39,282 bases of DNA, from contig NW_021835740.1 in assembly GCF_006345805.1 (NCBI RefSeq), positions 1 to 39,282 of the forward strand. The letters are read 5' to 3'. This document shows positions 1 through 11,799 of this stretch, in pieces. Position numbers and translations under genes: made by a program. The stretch is from Octopus sinensis. Its lineage: Eukaryota. The notes below the pieces were generated by a model that worked only from the letters and a program-made list of their open reading frames with translations, ran no database searches and was not told the origin of the DNA. Within the stretch, counting starts at the first letter, position 1. Every line of letters starts with the position of its first letter.

Positions 1-192
1 AATTACTGGATTAATTCTAGATCCGGATTTCTGGCTTTGCATTTATGAATGCTTTGCCTCGTCATTAGAATACCACAGAAAAGAAACATAAATACACATA
101 TATATAAATACAACATACGAATACTTTCATATACGAACGTATACCTATACTGTTGTGTCTGGGGAGAGTCATTCTCTTTTGGTGCCTCTTTT

Positions 193-453
193 GTGTGTGT
201 ATTTCGTTTTTGGATTTGGTTTGCAACCTTTTCAATGGTCGAAAAGGTTGCAAGACACAACGAAAATGTTTTGAAAAATAAAGAAGAAATACGCGGAAAT
301 TTTACCGGTGAGTGTTAAATTATAATTTAACACTCACCGGTAAAATTTCCGCGTATTTCTCTTTATTTTTCAAAAAATTTTCGTTGTGTCTTGCAACCTT
401 TTCGACCATTGAAAAGGTTGCAAACCAAATCCAAAACGAAAAAATACACACAC
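193..453. repeat. Near-perfect spacer-less palindrome (~260 bp) of a dispersed repeat
   Basis: Symmetry axis between 322/323 (TGTTAAATTA|TAATTTAACA); arms pair outwards to the (GT)/(CA) tracts with few mismatches and indels; each arm holds a nested hairpin TTGCAACCTTTTC...GAAAAGGTTGCAA. Arm sequence recurs at 32960-33185. Confidence 0.92.
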
Positions 454-469
454 ACACACACACACATAG

Positions 470-660
470 TTAATCTAAACATGGAAAACACAAAGTGAAA
501 ACACAACAACGCGAGGAAGTGGAAAAAGTTAGTATTATTGGACGCTCAGGAAAGAAGGAGGGTTAATGTTTCGTGCGGAACTCTCGTCAGAAACATAGGA
601 AAAGGAAAGATCCAGAGAAGGGAAGACGTAGGGAAAAATCGCCAACGGTACACACGCGCA
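470..660 (-). mobile_element. ~190-bp dispersed repeat with degenerate hammerhead-like motif (Penelope-like terminal-repeat fragment)
   Basis: Reverse complement aligns with 11800-11995; contains GTTT-CTGACGA-GAGTTCCGCAC-GAAACATT-AACC at 594-561; flanked by microsatellites. Confidence 0.7.
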
Positions 661-680
661 CACACACCACAACACCACAC

Positions 681-727
<47 letters not shown>

Positions 728-929
728 ATATGCACACACATATATATTAGAAGAAACAACGATATGAACTCACATATGCCTCCACACACACAACTTACAC
801 TCATACATACGCGCACACAGTTACACATACATGGACATATACACACATGCACATAGACGAAAACACAAAGCACACACACACAACATATACATACACGCAC
901 GCACATACTTCAAACTGCCAGTTAAACAC

Positions 930-1115
930 CTTTCTACCAACCATTCCCCTACATACATTTTCTTCCTCTGTCTTCCCTTTTATTGGACTTTCCTCTGCTT
1001 CCGAAGAAGAGCGTCTGCTCGAAACGTTAAACCATCTTTGAGCATCTGCTAATACATTACATGTACCACGTCTTTGCGTTGTTGTATTTATTTTGTGTTT
1101 GTTCTCTTTTGGATT
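930..1115 (+). mobile_element. Diverged copy of the same hammerhead-motif repeat
   Basis: GCTT-CCGAAGA-A-GAGC-GTCT-GCTC-GAAACGTT-AAAC at 997-1032; flanks resemble 11800-11995. Confidence 0.65.
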
Positions 1116-1397
1116 ATATATATATATATAGCAATAATAAATCTCTGAACGAGGTATAGACAATAGCTGCACGACAATGTGAAGTATATTTGCCACTTAA
1201 ATGTGGATAACCACTAAGGGTGGATGCTACTGTAGCTTGTAGTCCCAGGAGAACATCTTCTCCAGTTGGCTATTGACACACTTTCTGTGCCCTATTGGTA
1301 TTTGCAAAGGGAAGCCATCCTTCCCATCGTCGACCTGACGTGATATGCACGGACCCGGGTTTCTGAATATTCACCCGTCGTCAGCGCACGACAATCA

Positions 1398-1425
1398 TAA
1401 TATATATATATATATATGTATATAT

Positions 1426-1458
<33 letters not shown>

Positions 1459-1474
1459 ACACATACATATATAG

Positions 1475-1523
<49 letters not shown>

Positions 1524-1543
1524 CATACTACATCATATATATC

Positions 1544-1576
<33 letters not shown>

Positions 1577-1690
1577 CATATATATATATATATGATATAT
1601 ATATATATATATATCTATATATATACATCATACATACTACATATATATATATATATATATATATTATTATATATATATATATATATATAG
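1398..1690. repeat. Compound (TA)n/(CATA) microsatellite
   Basis: Direct reading; source of the YIYI ORFs. Confidence 0.95.
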
Positions 1691-2093
1691 AAAGAAATGT
1701 GAAAGTCAAGAAGTTTGTATAATAAAATTTATAGTTATACTAGGAACATATTCCATCATTGCTTCATTACAAATTAAATAAGTACCGGTTTCACGATAAA
1801 CGATTGTTAACTTAAATAGAGAAAACTTTTTTGCTCTCAATAGGACGCCATCTTTGCAAAAAAAGTAAACAGTGATGAAGCAATATGTGAAGGGGAAAAA
1901 CTCTTATTTTTACTTGAAGCTCTTCCGTGTTTTTGGCAAGCATACGGTTACATGTGTTTTTTTCATTTCATACACAGTCAATTATATTACCGTACTAGGT
2001 TTTAAAGATTAAGCAGTAATTTGTGAATGAGTGTATATGCATATATTTTAAGCTTTAATATCTCATTTTCTCTCTTGCAAAATATATATGTAT

Positions 2094-2233
2094 AACTTGC
2101 TTACCAACCACATAGTTCTAGGTTCAGTCCCACTGCGTGGCACCTTGGGCAAGTGTTTTCTACTATAGCCTCGGGCCGACCAAAGCCTTGTGAGTGGATT
2201 TGGTAGACCGAAACTGAAGAAGCTCGCCGATTA

Positions 2234-2309
<76 letters not shown>

Positions 2310-2521
2310 GGTATATGTATGTGTGTGTGTCTGTGGTTTGTCCCCCAACATCGCTTGACAACCGATGCTGGTGTGTTTACGTCCCCGTACTTAGCGGTTC
2401 GGCGAAAGAGACCGATAGAATAAGTACTAGGCTTACAAAGAATAAGTCCTGGGTCGATTTCTTCGACTAAAGGCGGTGCTCCAGCATGGCCACAATCAAA
2501 CGACTGAAATAAGTAAAAGAG
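2094..2521 (+). mobile_element. tRNA-derived SINE family S1 (5'-truncated) with internal microsatellite
   Basis: Aligns with inverted copies at 18722-19128 and 26260-26707; central block CCTTGGGCAAGTG...AAAGCCTTGTGAGTGGATTTGGTAGAC resembles the Nin/Deu SINE domain (recognised from memory, unverified); AAGTAAAAGAG tail. Confidence 0.85.
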
Positions 2522-2604
2522 TATGTGTGTGTGGTGTGTGTGTGTGTGTGTGTGTGTTTGTGTGTGTGTGTTTGTGTGTGTGCGTGTGTGTGTGTGTGTG
2601 TGTG

Positions 2605-3495
2605 TGGTATGGAGCCCCATCTCCATGATTAAAACTCATTTTTCGTTATGTTATCGTGTGAATACATCGGAAGTAGTCCTTGATGAGCATTTTATGTATT
2701 TTTCAGAATTTATGGTTCCAACACATTTGATCAGCTCAGAACGGCCATTGCTGGTGACAGCTCCCCATACCATTATGGAGATACCGCCATGTATCACAGT
2801 TGGTTGGAGTCGTTTCGAATCAAATTCTTGATTGGAAAGCCTCCAGACCCAAACACCTCCACTGTCTGAAAATAATTCAAATCTGGTTTCATCTGAGAAA
2901 ATCACTCTATCCCAAAATGAACTGGATTTTTCTGACATCTCATTTGCCCATTTCTTTCTTCTCATGATATTAACTGGTTGAAGGAGAGGTTTTCTTCTAG
3001 CTGCTCGTCCATAATACCCAAGCTTATACAGATATGTAACACGCGTTATTGGACTAACTTCTAGCTGTTTGCAATGTCAGAAGCCTTCGAACGGGATTCG
3101 TTTTCCACAATTCTCTTCAAACAGCGAAGCTTCCTTTCCGAGGGCCCAGGTCGGCCGGGACGAGAATCTGTTGATTCTTTTCCTTGGCTTTTGAATTGCA
3201 CTATAATTCTATTAACAGTAGCAAGAGGAATTGGAAGATTTTCAGCAATTTTTCGCTAGCAAAGACCAGCCTCAGATTGCCCAACAATATGACCTCTTTG
3301 AAAATCTGACAGTTCTGCTGAATTTTTTGTGCCTGGCATGCTTACTCTTCCCAAATGTTTAATATAATGGCACCTGGAATGAAAAAAAATAATAATTACG
3401 TTGTAAATTCTATACCGCTGAAAACACATTGAAATGCTTAGATCAACAATTTTGAAAATTAAAGGTGTCTATTTACTTCCTGCATGTCGCCCCAA
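2605..3495 (-). mobile_element. Tc1-type DNA transposon relic (transposase pseudogene, 3'-truncated)
   Basis: ATG at 3339 gives MPGTKNSAELSDFQRGHIVG... (HTH), then [38 protein letters not shown] and GDGAPYH near 2610; contains a stop and frameshifts; Tc1-like end sequence near 3460-3495. Confidence 0.9.
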
Positions 3496-3540
3496 CACAC
3501 ACACACACACACCACACACACACACCACGCACACACACAC

Positions 3541-3573
<33 letters not shown>

Positions 3574-3643
3574 GAATATAACTATATATATATTAATATA
3601 TATATATATATATATTATCATATATATATATATATATAATATA

Positions 3644-5895
3644 CTAGCAGAATTGCCCGGCGTTGCTCGGGGCTGAATTGCTTGAAAGTACTGTTAATGA
3701 TTGCACTGAATTTGATGATTATTCAGGCAAATATCGATATAAGGTTAAGGCGAATGAATGTATTTGTAAGTGTATAGAAAGCCGTGTAAAGGGGTTCCTA
3801 ACCCCTCGTAGAATGGTGTAAGAATTGAATGCGAGGTTGCCTTGAAAAGAGCCATGTTATTGTTCTAATAATTGTAAGAATTTGATAGTCGTGGAAGGCG
3901 GTGTAAAACGTTCGCAGGTGAATAGGGTCTCTTCGTTTTCCACGAACGGCAGCGGATGTGCTGTTACAAAACTTCATGCTGTGTTAAAAGAGAATGGATG
4001 CCCTATGTAGGCAAGAGGGGAATGAAGCATGGGTAAGTAAATATGGGTAATTATATAAATATAGAACAATAGCATCTACTCACCATATGTCAGACTGTCA
4101 AGACTGTAGTGGTGCTGAATAGATGAATCACAACACAGTGGTGGAGATGTTTTCATTGATGGGCGTTATATAAATTTGTTGTATAAAATGATCTGTTGCT
4201 TAGTTTCCAAAGTGTATGTTGCGATCTGTTGTCGCTTATGTAAACTTTAACAGTGAGAGTGTAGATGTAGGGGGTAGATGTGTCATGTACGTTGGATATA
4301 GAAGATGAGGCTGGTGGTTTGATGATGAATGGATAGAAATAGAGGTGAGCGAAGGACAGGTGTTGGTTAAGTGTGAATTAATGTCATGAAACGCCTAAAA
4401 ATGTAAATGCCATCATAAAAGAGAGTCGTATGTAAGTGAAATACTAACGTGTTCGAAAATGACGAAACGTAATCCTATAAAACCTCCTTGTACACAATGT
4501 TTTTTATTTTTCATTGTGGAACGAATGCGAAAGCATCACTGTTGCTGCCGACACGCGAGCAGGCAACATAAAGCTGACCATGAGAGAAACATGGCTCTCC
4601 CAAATGTATTCCCACCACAGACAGTGCTTGACCCTGCGCTTTGTTAATTGACATTGCGAAACATGGCCTTACTGGGAACTGGGACCTCCGAAAAATGAAA
4701 GGTAGGTCTGCTCCTGATGGGAAAAGATGCATCCTAGGTATGAGCCTCGACCGCATCCTGTGATAATGGTGGCCACAATCAGATTGGGAGGTAAGGACTT
4801 AACGATGAAACGTGTGCCATTGCATTGTTTTGGGGAACCAAATTTATAATGAGCATTATAGGGGCACCAACTTTAAGTTTGAGAATATGTGGTGGTAGTC
4901 CGGGGGGCTCAAAGGAATTGAGTACCTCTATTGGATAGCTGATGACGTCCTCTGGGTCAGGAGTTGTATCGATAGACTTATATACATAGACATCCCCAGG
5001 AATGAGTTTTAGCATTTCATCATTAATATGGTGAACAGTTTTATTCTTCGGGGCCAGAATAGCCCTTTGGTCAATCCAATCCATATTCTGATAATTAGCT
5101 TGTAGATCTGGGAAGACTGCATCTCAGATCAGAAGGCGTTTTAACAATGGTACAAATGGAATCGATGGCAATATTACCATTTTCCTCCCCTGGTATTTTG
5201 CCTTCGCCAAGTGCAAGGAGGGTGTGAGAAAATGCTGCTGATGTGATATCACGTCACATATGAGCACGCATATTGGTGTGAAGTTTGAGAGTCTTCACCA
5301 GTGGCCACAATGTGGATAACTTAAGACACGCACTTACTGCATCAGCTGTAGTCCCTTTGGGAATAACGGGAAGTGTTTGTCGGAAGTCTCCTGAAAGAAG
5401 AAGTGTTATGCCTCCCATGAGAGCTGAAGAGTGTTTGATGTCTCTGAGAGATCTATCTAGTGCCTCAAGAGCACGTCTGTGGGCCATCGTGCATTCATCC
5501 CAAACGATAAGCTTGCATCGTCTGAAGACTTCTGCCTGATCGGAGCTGTTACTGATGTTGCAAGTTGGTGTTTCAGTCTTCGCTAAGTCAAGCGGGAGCT
5601 TGAAAGTGGAGTGAGCTGTCCTGCCGCCTGGCAACAAAGTAGCCGCAATTCCAGATGATGCCACAGCTAGGGCAATGCCTTGTGTTCGCCTAATCTCAGC
5701 CAATATTAATTTGTTGACAAAAGTTTTCCCAGTGCCCCCAGGAGCGTCTAGGAAAAAAATCCCCCCAGCTTTGGCCCGGACTGAATTAACAACGGAGTTG
5801 TAAGCGAACTTCTGTTCTGGAAGGAGCTTTGGCTCATTGTCGGCTATGTACTCGGCAACCTCGTCAACATTAACACATGTCTCACGCAGCAAATG
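3644..5895 (-). mobile_element. Helitron 3' half: PIF1-like helicase pseudogene plus 3' terminus
   Basis: Motifs LDAPGGTGKT, ASSGIAATLLPGGRTAHS, IVWDE, LSGDFRQTLPV, GLPPHILKLKVG, FAMSINKAQGQ, FSHGQLYVACSRV spread over three ORF fragments; 3' end CCCGAGCAACGCCGGG hairpin + CTAG (3647-3644) followed by T. Confidence 0.95.
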
Positions 5896-5896
5896 T

Positions 5897-6007
5897 GAAG
5901 ACAGAGTGTTTGTGCCTAAACATGCCAAGTCACCATACAGAGGGACTGAACCCAGGACCATGTGTTTGGAACGTAGTTTGTTACCACACAGCCACACCTG
6001 CCCCTAT
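5897..6007 (-). mobile_element. Degenerate S1 SINE head
   Basis: GGGACTGAACCCAGGACCATGTG...TTACCACACAGCCAC matches S1 5' region; it supplies the false N-terminus of ORF 5254..5997. Confidence 0.65.
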
Positions 6008-6049
6008 GTATGTGTGTGTGTGCGTATGTGTGTATGGGTAGATATATTA

Positions 6050-6260
6050 TGCATGCATATATGTGTATATATATATATGTGTACATATTACATGTACATC
6101 TATATATATAAATCTACACATAAAATACAAAATACAAAGTTATATCTTGATATCGCTAGTGATAACAATACTCAAAATATATAACAGACTGGAATTGTAG
6201 GCCTGTCTCTTGCAATTTCGATCAATTGGATCTTGTCCTCCCTCTTGTACGGCTGCAGCG
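6050..6260 (-). mobile_element. Fragment of a second Helitron-like family
   Basis: Aligns with 20140-20335 (GTACATATTACATGTACATC...CGCTAGTGATAACAATACTCAAAATATATAACAGACTGG), whose end carries a hairpin+CTAG. Confidence 0.55.
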
Positions 6261-7080
6261 AAATTCATTTTTGGACTTTCTTCTATCGAAGGCATTTTAA
6301 CAAAAATGCTTCCGTAAAGACGGTGAAAATATTGTCAATTTCCCCAAACAGGGACACAATTCAATTTTTAAACAATAACGAAAGCCCCTTCTCCGAAAGG
6401 GGGAGGGTTACGGTTTACAATTATTTAACAAATGTAACACAACAACGTTTCCCTGACGAGGAACCAACAAACGTGATTACAATAGTCAAACAGTAATAAT
6501 AATAAACAACAAACCTTTTTAATTTATACCCCATTTATGTGAAACCACTTATTAAGTTCAAGTCATTGATGCAATTTTATACGAATTGCTAATACACACA
6601 CACACATAATAAGGGTGAAAAATTGAATACTAATTTGATTAATATGAATTGAAAACCAGTGGTGTAGCATATAAGACCATAGCGGATCTTCCTCTAGCAA
6701 AAAGGATGACCAGTATTAATGGCTCATCCCTGTTATATAAATACTTTCACTTTAATAGTTTCACACTTGCAAAGAGAAAGTAGGAGAAAGTGTGGTGGTA
6801 ATAGCAGGAGTAAACCACTTGAAAGGAGAGAGGCAAATCGTAAAATATTGAGTTTTCTCGAATTTTTGCTTAATTGGGGGTCAAATTGAAAAAACTTTAC
6901 ATGCCATGACCCAATCGAATCTACTTGGAAAAATCATAGGTAAATTCCAATTGAAGAAATTCTATATTGTAGAATTGTATTAAAAAGAAACATGGGAACA
7001 GGCAGAGAAAATCTGCCTTTTATCATAAGAGATATAATATATATATATAATATTATATATATATATATATTATATATATA

Positions 7081-7111
<31 letters not shown>

Positions 7112-7172
7112 AATGTATGTATGCATATATATACACACCCCACACATATATATATTATATATATATAAAATA

Positions 7173-7205
<33 letters not shown>

Positions 7206-7429
7206 ATGTATGTTATGTATGTATGTATGTATATATATATATATAAATATGTATATGTACGTGTATATAAATATGTATATACGTATATACGTATATATAT
7301 ATATGAATATGTATGTATGTTATATATATATATATATGTGTGTGGTGTTGTGTGTGTGTGTGTGTGCGTGTGTATATGTATACATAGATACAGATATAAT
7401 CTCATTACTTTCAACACATTGTCAAAACT

Positions 7430-7615
7430 TCCTCGCGTGCCCTTAATGTAGTTCTCAGGGTGATTCGGCGTTACAAGGTTGGCCCTTTGAAATATAGATA
7501 ACAACTAATTTTTAGCAGCTGAGTGGACTGGAGCAATGTATATGAAATAAAGAGCCTCGCCCAAGGACACATCGCACCACAGGGTTTCGAACTCGCAGTC
7601 GTGAGATGAATACCA
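7430..7615 (-). mobile_element. Degenerate SINE (S4-type head/core, X-type tail)
   Basis: GCTGAGTGGACTGGAGCAA...TGAAATAAAG matches the reverse complement of the core at 13670-13720; CCCTTAATGTAGTTCTC...GGCCCTTTGAAAT matches the tail at 13060-13130. Confidence 0.65.
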
Positions 7616-8065
7616 AAATCACTAAACTACCTACCTCCATGCGCAACAAAAAATGCTGCTAGTATATTTAGACTGTTGCCAGTAAAACACACGCACACAC
7701 GCACACACATTGTTAGAATAGCATATAGAAGGAAACAGGTGGTTTGTTTTGTAATCTGTCACCAAACCACGACCACTTTTAATGTATATACACGCCTTCT
7801 TGTCAGTCAAATTCGTGTAGCGTTACCGCAATTATTTACCTTCTTACGGACATGCTTGTCCCGTAACGTGTTCGCTCAAGCCTACACGGATCACCGTTTC
7901 TATCAGAGTCGTCATGTATCCGCGGGAATTACTTTCCAAATATATTTCCCTGCAGACTTCAACTAACAATTCGTTCAATATTATCATCAACAGCAACTAT
8001 AGCAGTCTGACCAATATCTTAACGCCTGAGGGAGTGCTTTATCAAAAGTCAAGGAAAGCAATATA

Positions 8066-8631
8066 TTGGGTTGTCCGGAAAGTTCGTGCCGATTTATAGT
8101 AGCTTACCTTTCGACTTATTTTAGAACATAGTTGAGTCTATAAAATGGGATTTGACTACGCCTCCATTTAGAGCACAGTTTAAGCTATCTTTTCGTGGAA
8201 GAAGGTTTATGTTCCTATAACCTGTGTTCATTCTGTAACCTTTTAAAATGGAAGATCAGAAAGTTCATTTTCGGCACTTGTTGCTATGAGAACCAAACAA
8301 AAATTGCTGCAACTCGGCTGGGATGTGTTACCTCACTCTCCATATTCACCAGATATTGCTCCTTCGGATTTCCACTTATTCAGGTCTCTGCAGTATAAAC
8401 TTAATTGTAAAAAAAATTAATTCCTTGGATGACTAAAAGGATACCTTGATGAATTCTTTGCCATGAAACCACCTCAATTCTGGGAAGAGGGTATTTTCAA
8501 GTTTAAGGAAAGATGGAGACACATTGTGCAACAAAATGGTTCATATTTGGTTGATTAAAAATGTAATGGCAAGTATTTATTGACCTTTTTCTTTCCTTCA
8601 AAAATCGGCACGAACTTTCCGGACAACCCAA
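8066..8631 (+). mobile_element. Internally deleted mariner element with perfect 30-bp TIRs
   Basis: TTGGGTTGTCCGGAAAGTTCGTGCCGATTT and its exact inverse; TA on both sides (8064-65, 8632-33); internal remnant translates to [24 protein letters not shown]...ERWRHIVQQNGSYLVD (mariner YSPDLAPSD motif). Confidence 0.95.
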
Positions 8632-9084
8632 TACAACAACACCGATTTTCCAGATATTGATAGTAGGATAATCCGGAACTTATAATCTGCACTAATTTAC
8701 TTTAAAGCACAGATACCTGTATTTCATTTAATTATATAAGTAAGTTTAATATTTGTTAAATTTAGAGAATGTTGATCATGGCGGTCACCCCTGATTGGGA
8801 AAATTCAGTAGTCCAGAAAGGCTTTGGGACTAAAATTTCCAGAAAATCCATGGGGTTCCGGTATTGGAAAACGGGCCAAGGGGGGGGGGGACATGACAAT
8901 CATGTCCACAGAGAGATGTAAATAATTATTTAACACACACACATTCACACAGACACACACACGCTCACGCACACACACATACACGTACACACAGGCATAC
9001 ACCCCCCGCACGCACACTCACACGCATACGCGCACACACACACACACACACGCACACAGACACACACACACGCATACACACACA

Positions 9085-9915
9085 CACAGACACACACACG
9101 CAGATGCATACACACACACATACGTACACGCACACGCGCACACACACACGCACGTACATGCACACGCATACATGTACACACGTGATTGTGTGTGCATGTC
9201 TGTGTTAATCAAAATATAGAGTATTATAGATTCATTGCAGCCGATCTTACCGATCGGCGTCTCACTGGATTTTTGACAACAAGGTCGTTATCGAATACAC
9301 GTGCTCTTCAGGAATGACATACATAGGGAGTGGGGAGAGCAGAAAAACAAACCCATTCTCTTGACAAATATACACGTGCCTACTTTCGTTGTCAAGAATT
9401 CTAAGAGGACGACACACACACACACACATACACACCACACACACACATACACACACACCACACACGCACACAGCACACACACACGCATACCCACACAACA
9501 CAGACACACACACGCAGATGCATACACACACACATACGTACACGCACACGCGCACACACACACGCACGTACATGCACACGCATACATGTACACACACGTG
9601 ATTGTGTGTGCTGTCTGTGTTAATCAAAATATAGAGTATTATAGATTCTTGCAGCCGATCTTACCGATCGGCGTCTCACTGGATTTTTGACAACAAGGTC
9701 GTTATCGAATACACGTGCTCTTCAGGAATGACATACATAGGGAGTGGGGAGAGCAGAAAAACAAACCCATTCTCTTGACAAATATACACGTGCCTACTTT
9801 CGTTGTCAAGAATTCTAAGAGGACGACACACACACACACACATACACACACACACACACACACATACACACACACACACACACACATATACACACGTGTG
9901 TGTGTATATATATAT
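9085..9915. repeat. ~414-bp tandem duplication: unique ~230-bp block plus compound CA microsatellite
   Basis: 9181-9413 and 9597-9827 nearly identical (offset 414); the interrupted CA pattern upstream is also duplicated. Confidence 0.92.
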
Positions 9916-9998
9916 ACATATATATACACACACACACATATACACACGTGTGTGTATATATATATATATACATACCTACATATAATATATTATATATA

Positions 9999-10048
<50 letters not shown>

Positions 10049-10051
<3 letters not shown>

Positions 10052-10155
10052 AACGTAAAAGACTTTTTCTATTCCTGAGCGTTATACTAATACATCTGTT
10101 TGTTTTGTACACCACCTGTCTTCATCTTTTGTTTTTTTCGTAAACTCTCCCTATA
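10049..10155 (+). mobile_element. 5'-truncated copy of the sister hammerhead-motif repeat
   Basis: CGAAACGTAAAAGACTTTTTCTATTCCTGAGCGTTATACTAATACATCTG... aligns with 38683-38790. Confidence 0.8.
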
Positions 10156-10278
10156 ATATATATATATATATATATATATCAAATGTGAGGATAAAATTCT
10201 TTTCGAAAAAAAATATTTTCTCGAAAAGAATTTTATCAATGGCCAGCATATTAAAAAATACCTTTAACGGTTAAATTT

Positions 10279-10614
10279 ATAAACAATTCATAAATGAGGG
10301 CAAAGGAAAAAAATTCTAATTCCAAATATGACGAAAAATTTGACATATTGTCCATTAACCATATAATTTTTTCACAATACGCACGCTACTCGAAAAAAGG
10401 TCGACAGAAATTTGTAAAAAATTCCATTATTATCATATCGGCTATTATTACCATTATTACCGATATGGTAATAATGGAATTTTTTAGAAATTTCTGTCGA
10501 CCTTTTTTCGAGTAGCGTGCGTATTGTGAAAAAATTATATGGTTAATGGACAATATGTCCAATTTTTCAGCATATTTGGCATTAGAATTTTTTTCCTTTG
10601 CCCTCATTTATGAA

Positions 10615-10622
<8 letters not shown>
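10279..10622. repeat. Fold-back inverted repeat (arms ~163 bp, 18-bp spacer), MITE-like
   Basis: 10279-10441 is the reverse complement of 10460-10622 with a few mismatches; the two opposite-strand ORFs here are near-identical; right end runs into (TA)n. Confidence 0.92.
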
Positions 10623-10690
<68 letters not shown>

Positions 10691-11089
10691 TTTTTTCTTT
10701 CTCAAACATAGATTTTATGATTATTTTTTTTTAACAAAACACTTTGAAACTTCGGATACTGGTTGAATGTGTCGCATAGAACAGGGTTTACTCTTAACGT
10801 TTTTGGAAAAAATTTGTATTTTAGAAGTTATTTTGTGTTAGATCCTCAATACTTGTTTAAATATATGTACTCGATAAATAATGTGTACGTGTGTGATTAT
10901 ATATACGTTAGCATCAATACATACATACATACATACATACATACATACATACACATATATAATGATACCAGTAATTATTATAAAAAACATGAATATAAAT
11001 TAACAGCTGTAAGTTATTTTATCAATATATATTCATGTTTTTTATAATAATTACTGGTATCCTTATATATTACTATATTTTATATCTTA

Positions 11090-11484
11090 CTAGCAGTATC
11101 GCCCGGCGTTGCTCGGGTTTGTAAGGGAAATAACTATATAAGCATTTTTAGAGATGTAAAGTATAATAGCCATCTCAATATGGCTAACCACAAAGAGGGA
11201 GTGTTACTGGAGCTTTTTACGTTCTGAAATTTAATAATACATTTTTAGAGAGTTACTTCCCTTATATAATAGCAAAATAATGCATTAAAAACGGGAAAAA
11301 ATTATGGTAATTTTTTTTTAAATCGTAGACTCATCGTTGACGCGCGCTAATATCCAGAAGGGCTCGGTATGAATCACGACTATAAGATACCCGCTTTTGG
11401 TTACACTGCACCGCAAAATGTGGGAGAAATTAGGAATCTAAATCGTAGGAGACAGACACACAACTTCACTTTTATATATAAAGA
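11090..11484 (-). mobile_element. Complete 395-bp non-autonomous Helitron
   Basis: Minus strand reads A|TCTTTATATATAAAAGTGAAG...CCCGAGCAACGCCGGGCGATACTGCTAG|T: 5' TC, 3' hairpin + CTAG, inserted between A and T with no TSD. Confidence 0.88.
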
Positions 11485-11799
11485 TATCTTATATGTAAAG
11501 AATAATATGTTATATTTTAAATTATGTTATTATGTTATTGTAATTATCAGTTTAGTAAATAAATAAATAAGTTAATATAATTTAATGTCTAAAAGTTGAT
11601 GAACCACCTATTATTCTCCTCCCTTTTCTTATTTGCTATATATATATTTATATATCACCGTGATCACCATGATCACTGTGACCGACCAGGCTATCAGCTG
11701 TTGCTACACATCGCTGGTCACAATGCGCTTTGCATTGTTTTAGCCTTCAAGTGACGCCACCCCGCTGGCTAAGCGAGCAGGCCAATATATGTGACCTCA

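Noticed and set aside
535-2626. Many 60-130 aa ORFs rich in YI, CV, HT dipeptides (also at 6934-7504, 8805-10143, 11962-12244, 13961-14492, 17754-18014, 21388-21621, 34994-35364)
   Set aside because: Translations of TA/CA/GATA/CATA microsatellites, which lack stops by composition; no protein signal.
5897-5997. N-terminus of the 247-aa helicase ORF (MWLCGNKLRSKHMVLG...)
   Set aside because: It derives from an inserted SINE head read in frame; this is not an intact host PIF1 gene.
9290-9315. Minus-strand CTGAAGAGCACGTGTATTCGATAAC as a hammerhead
   Set aside because: No GAAA, and stems I-III cannot be formed.
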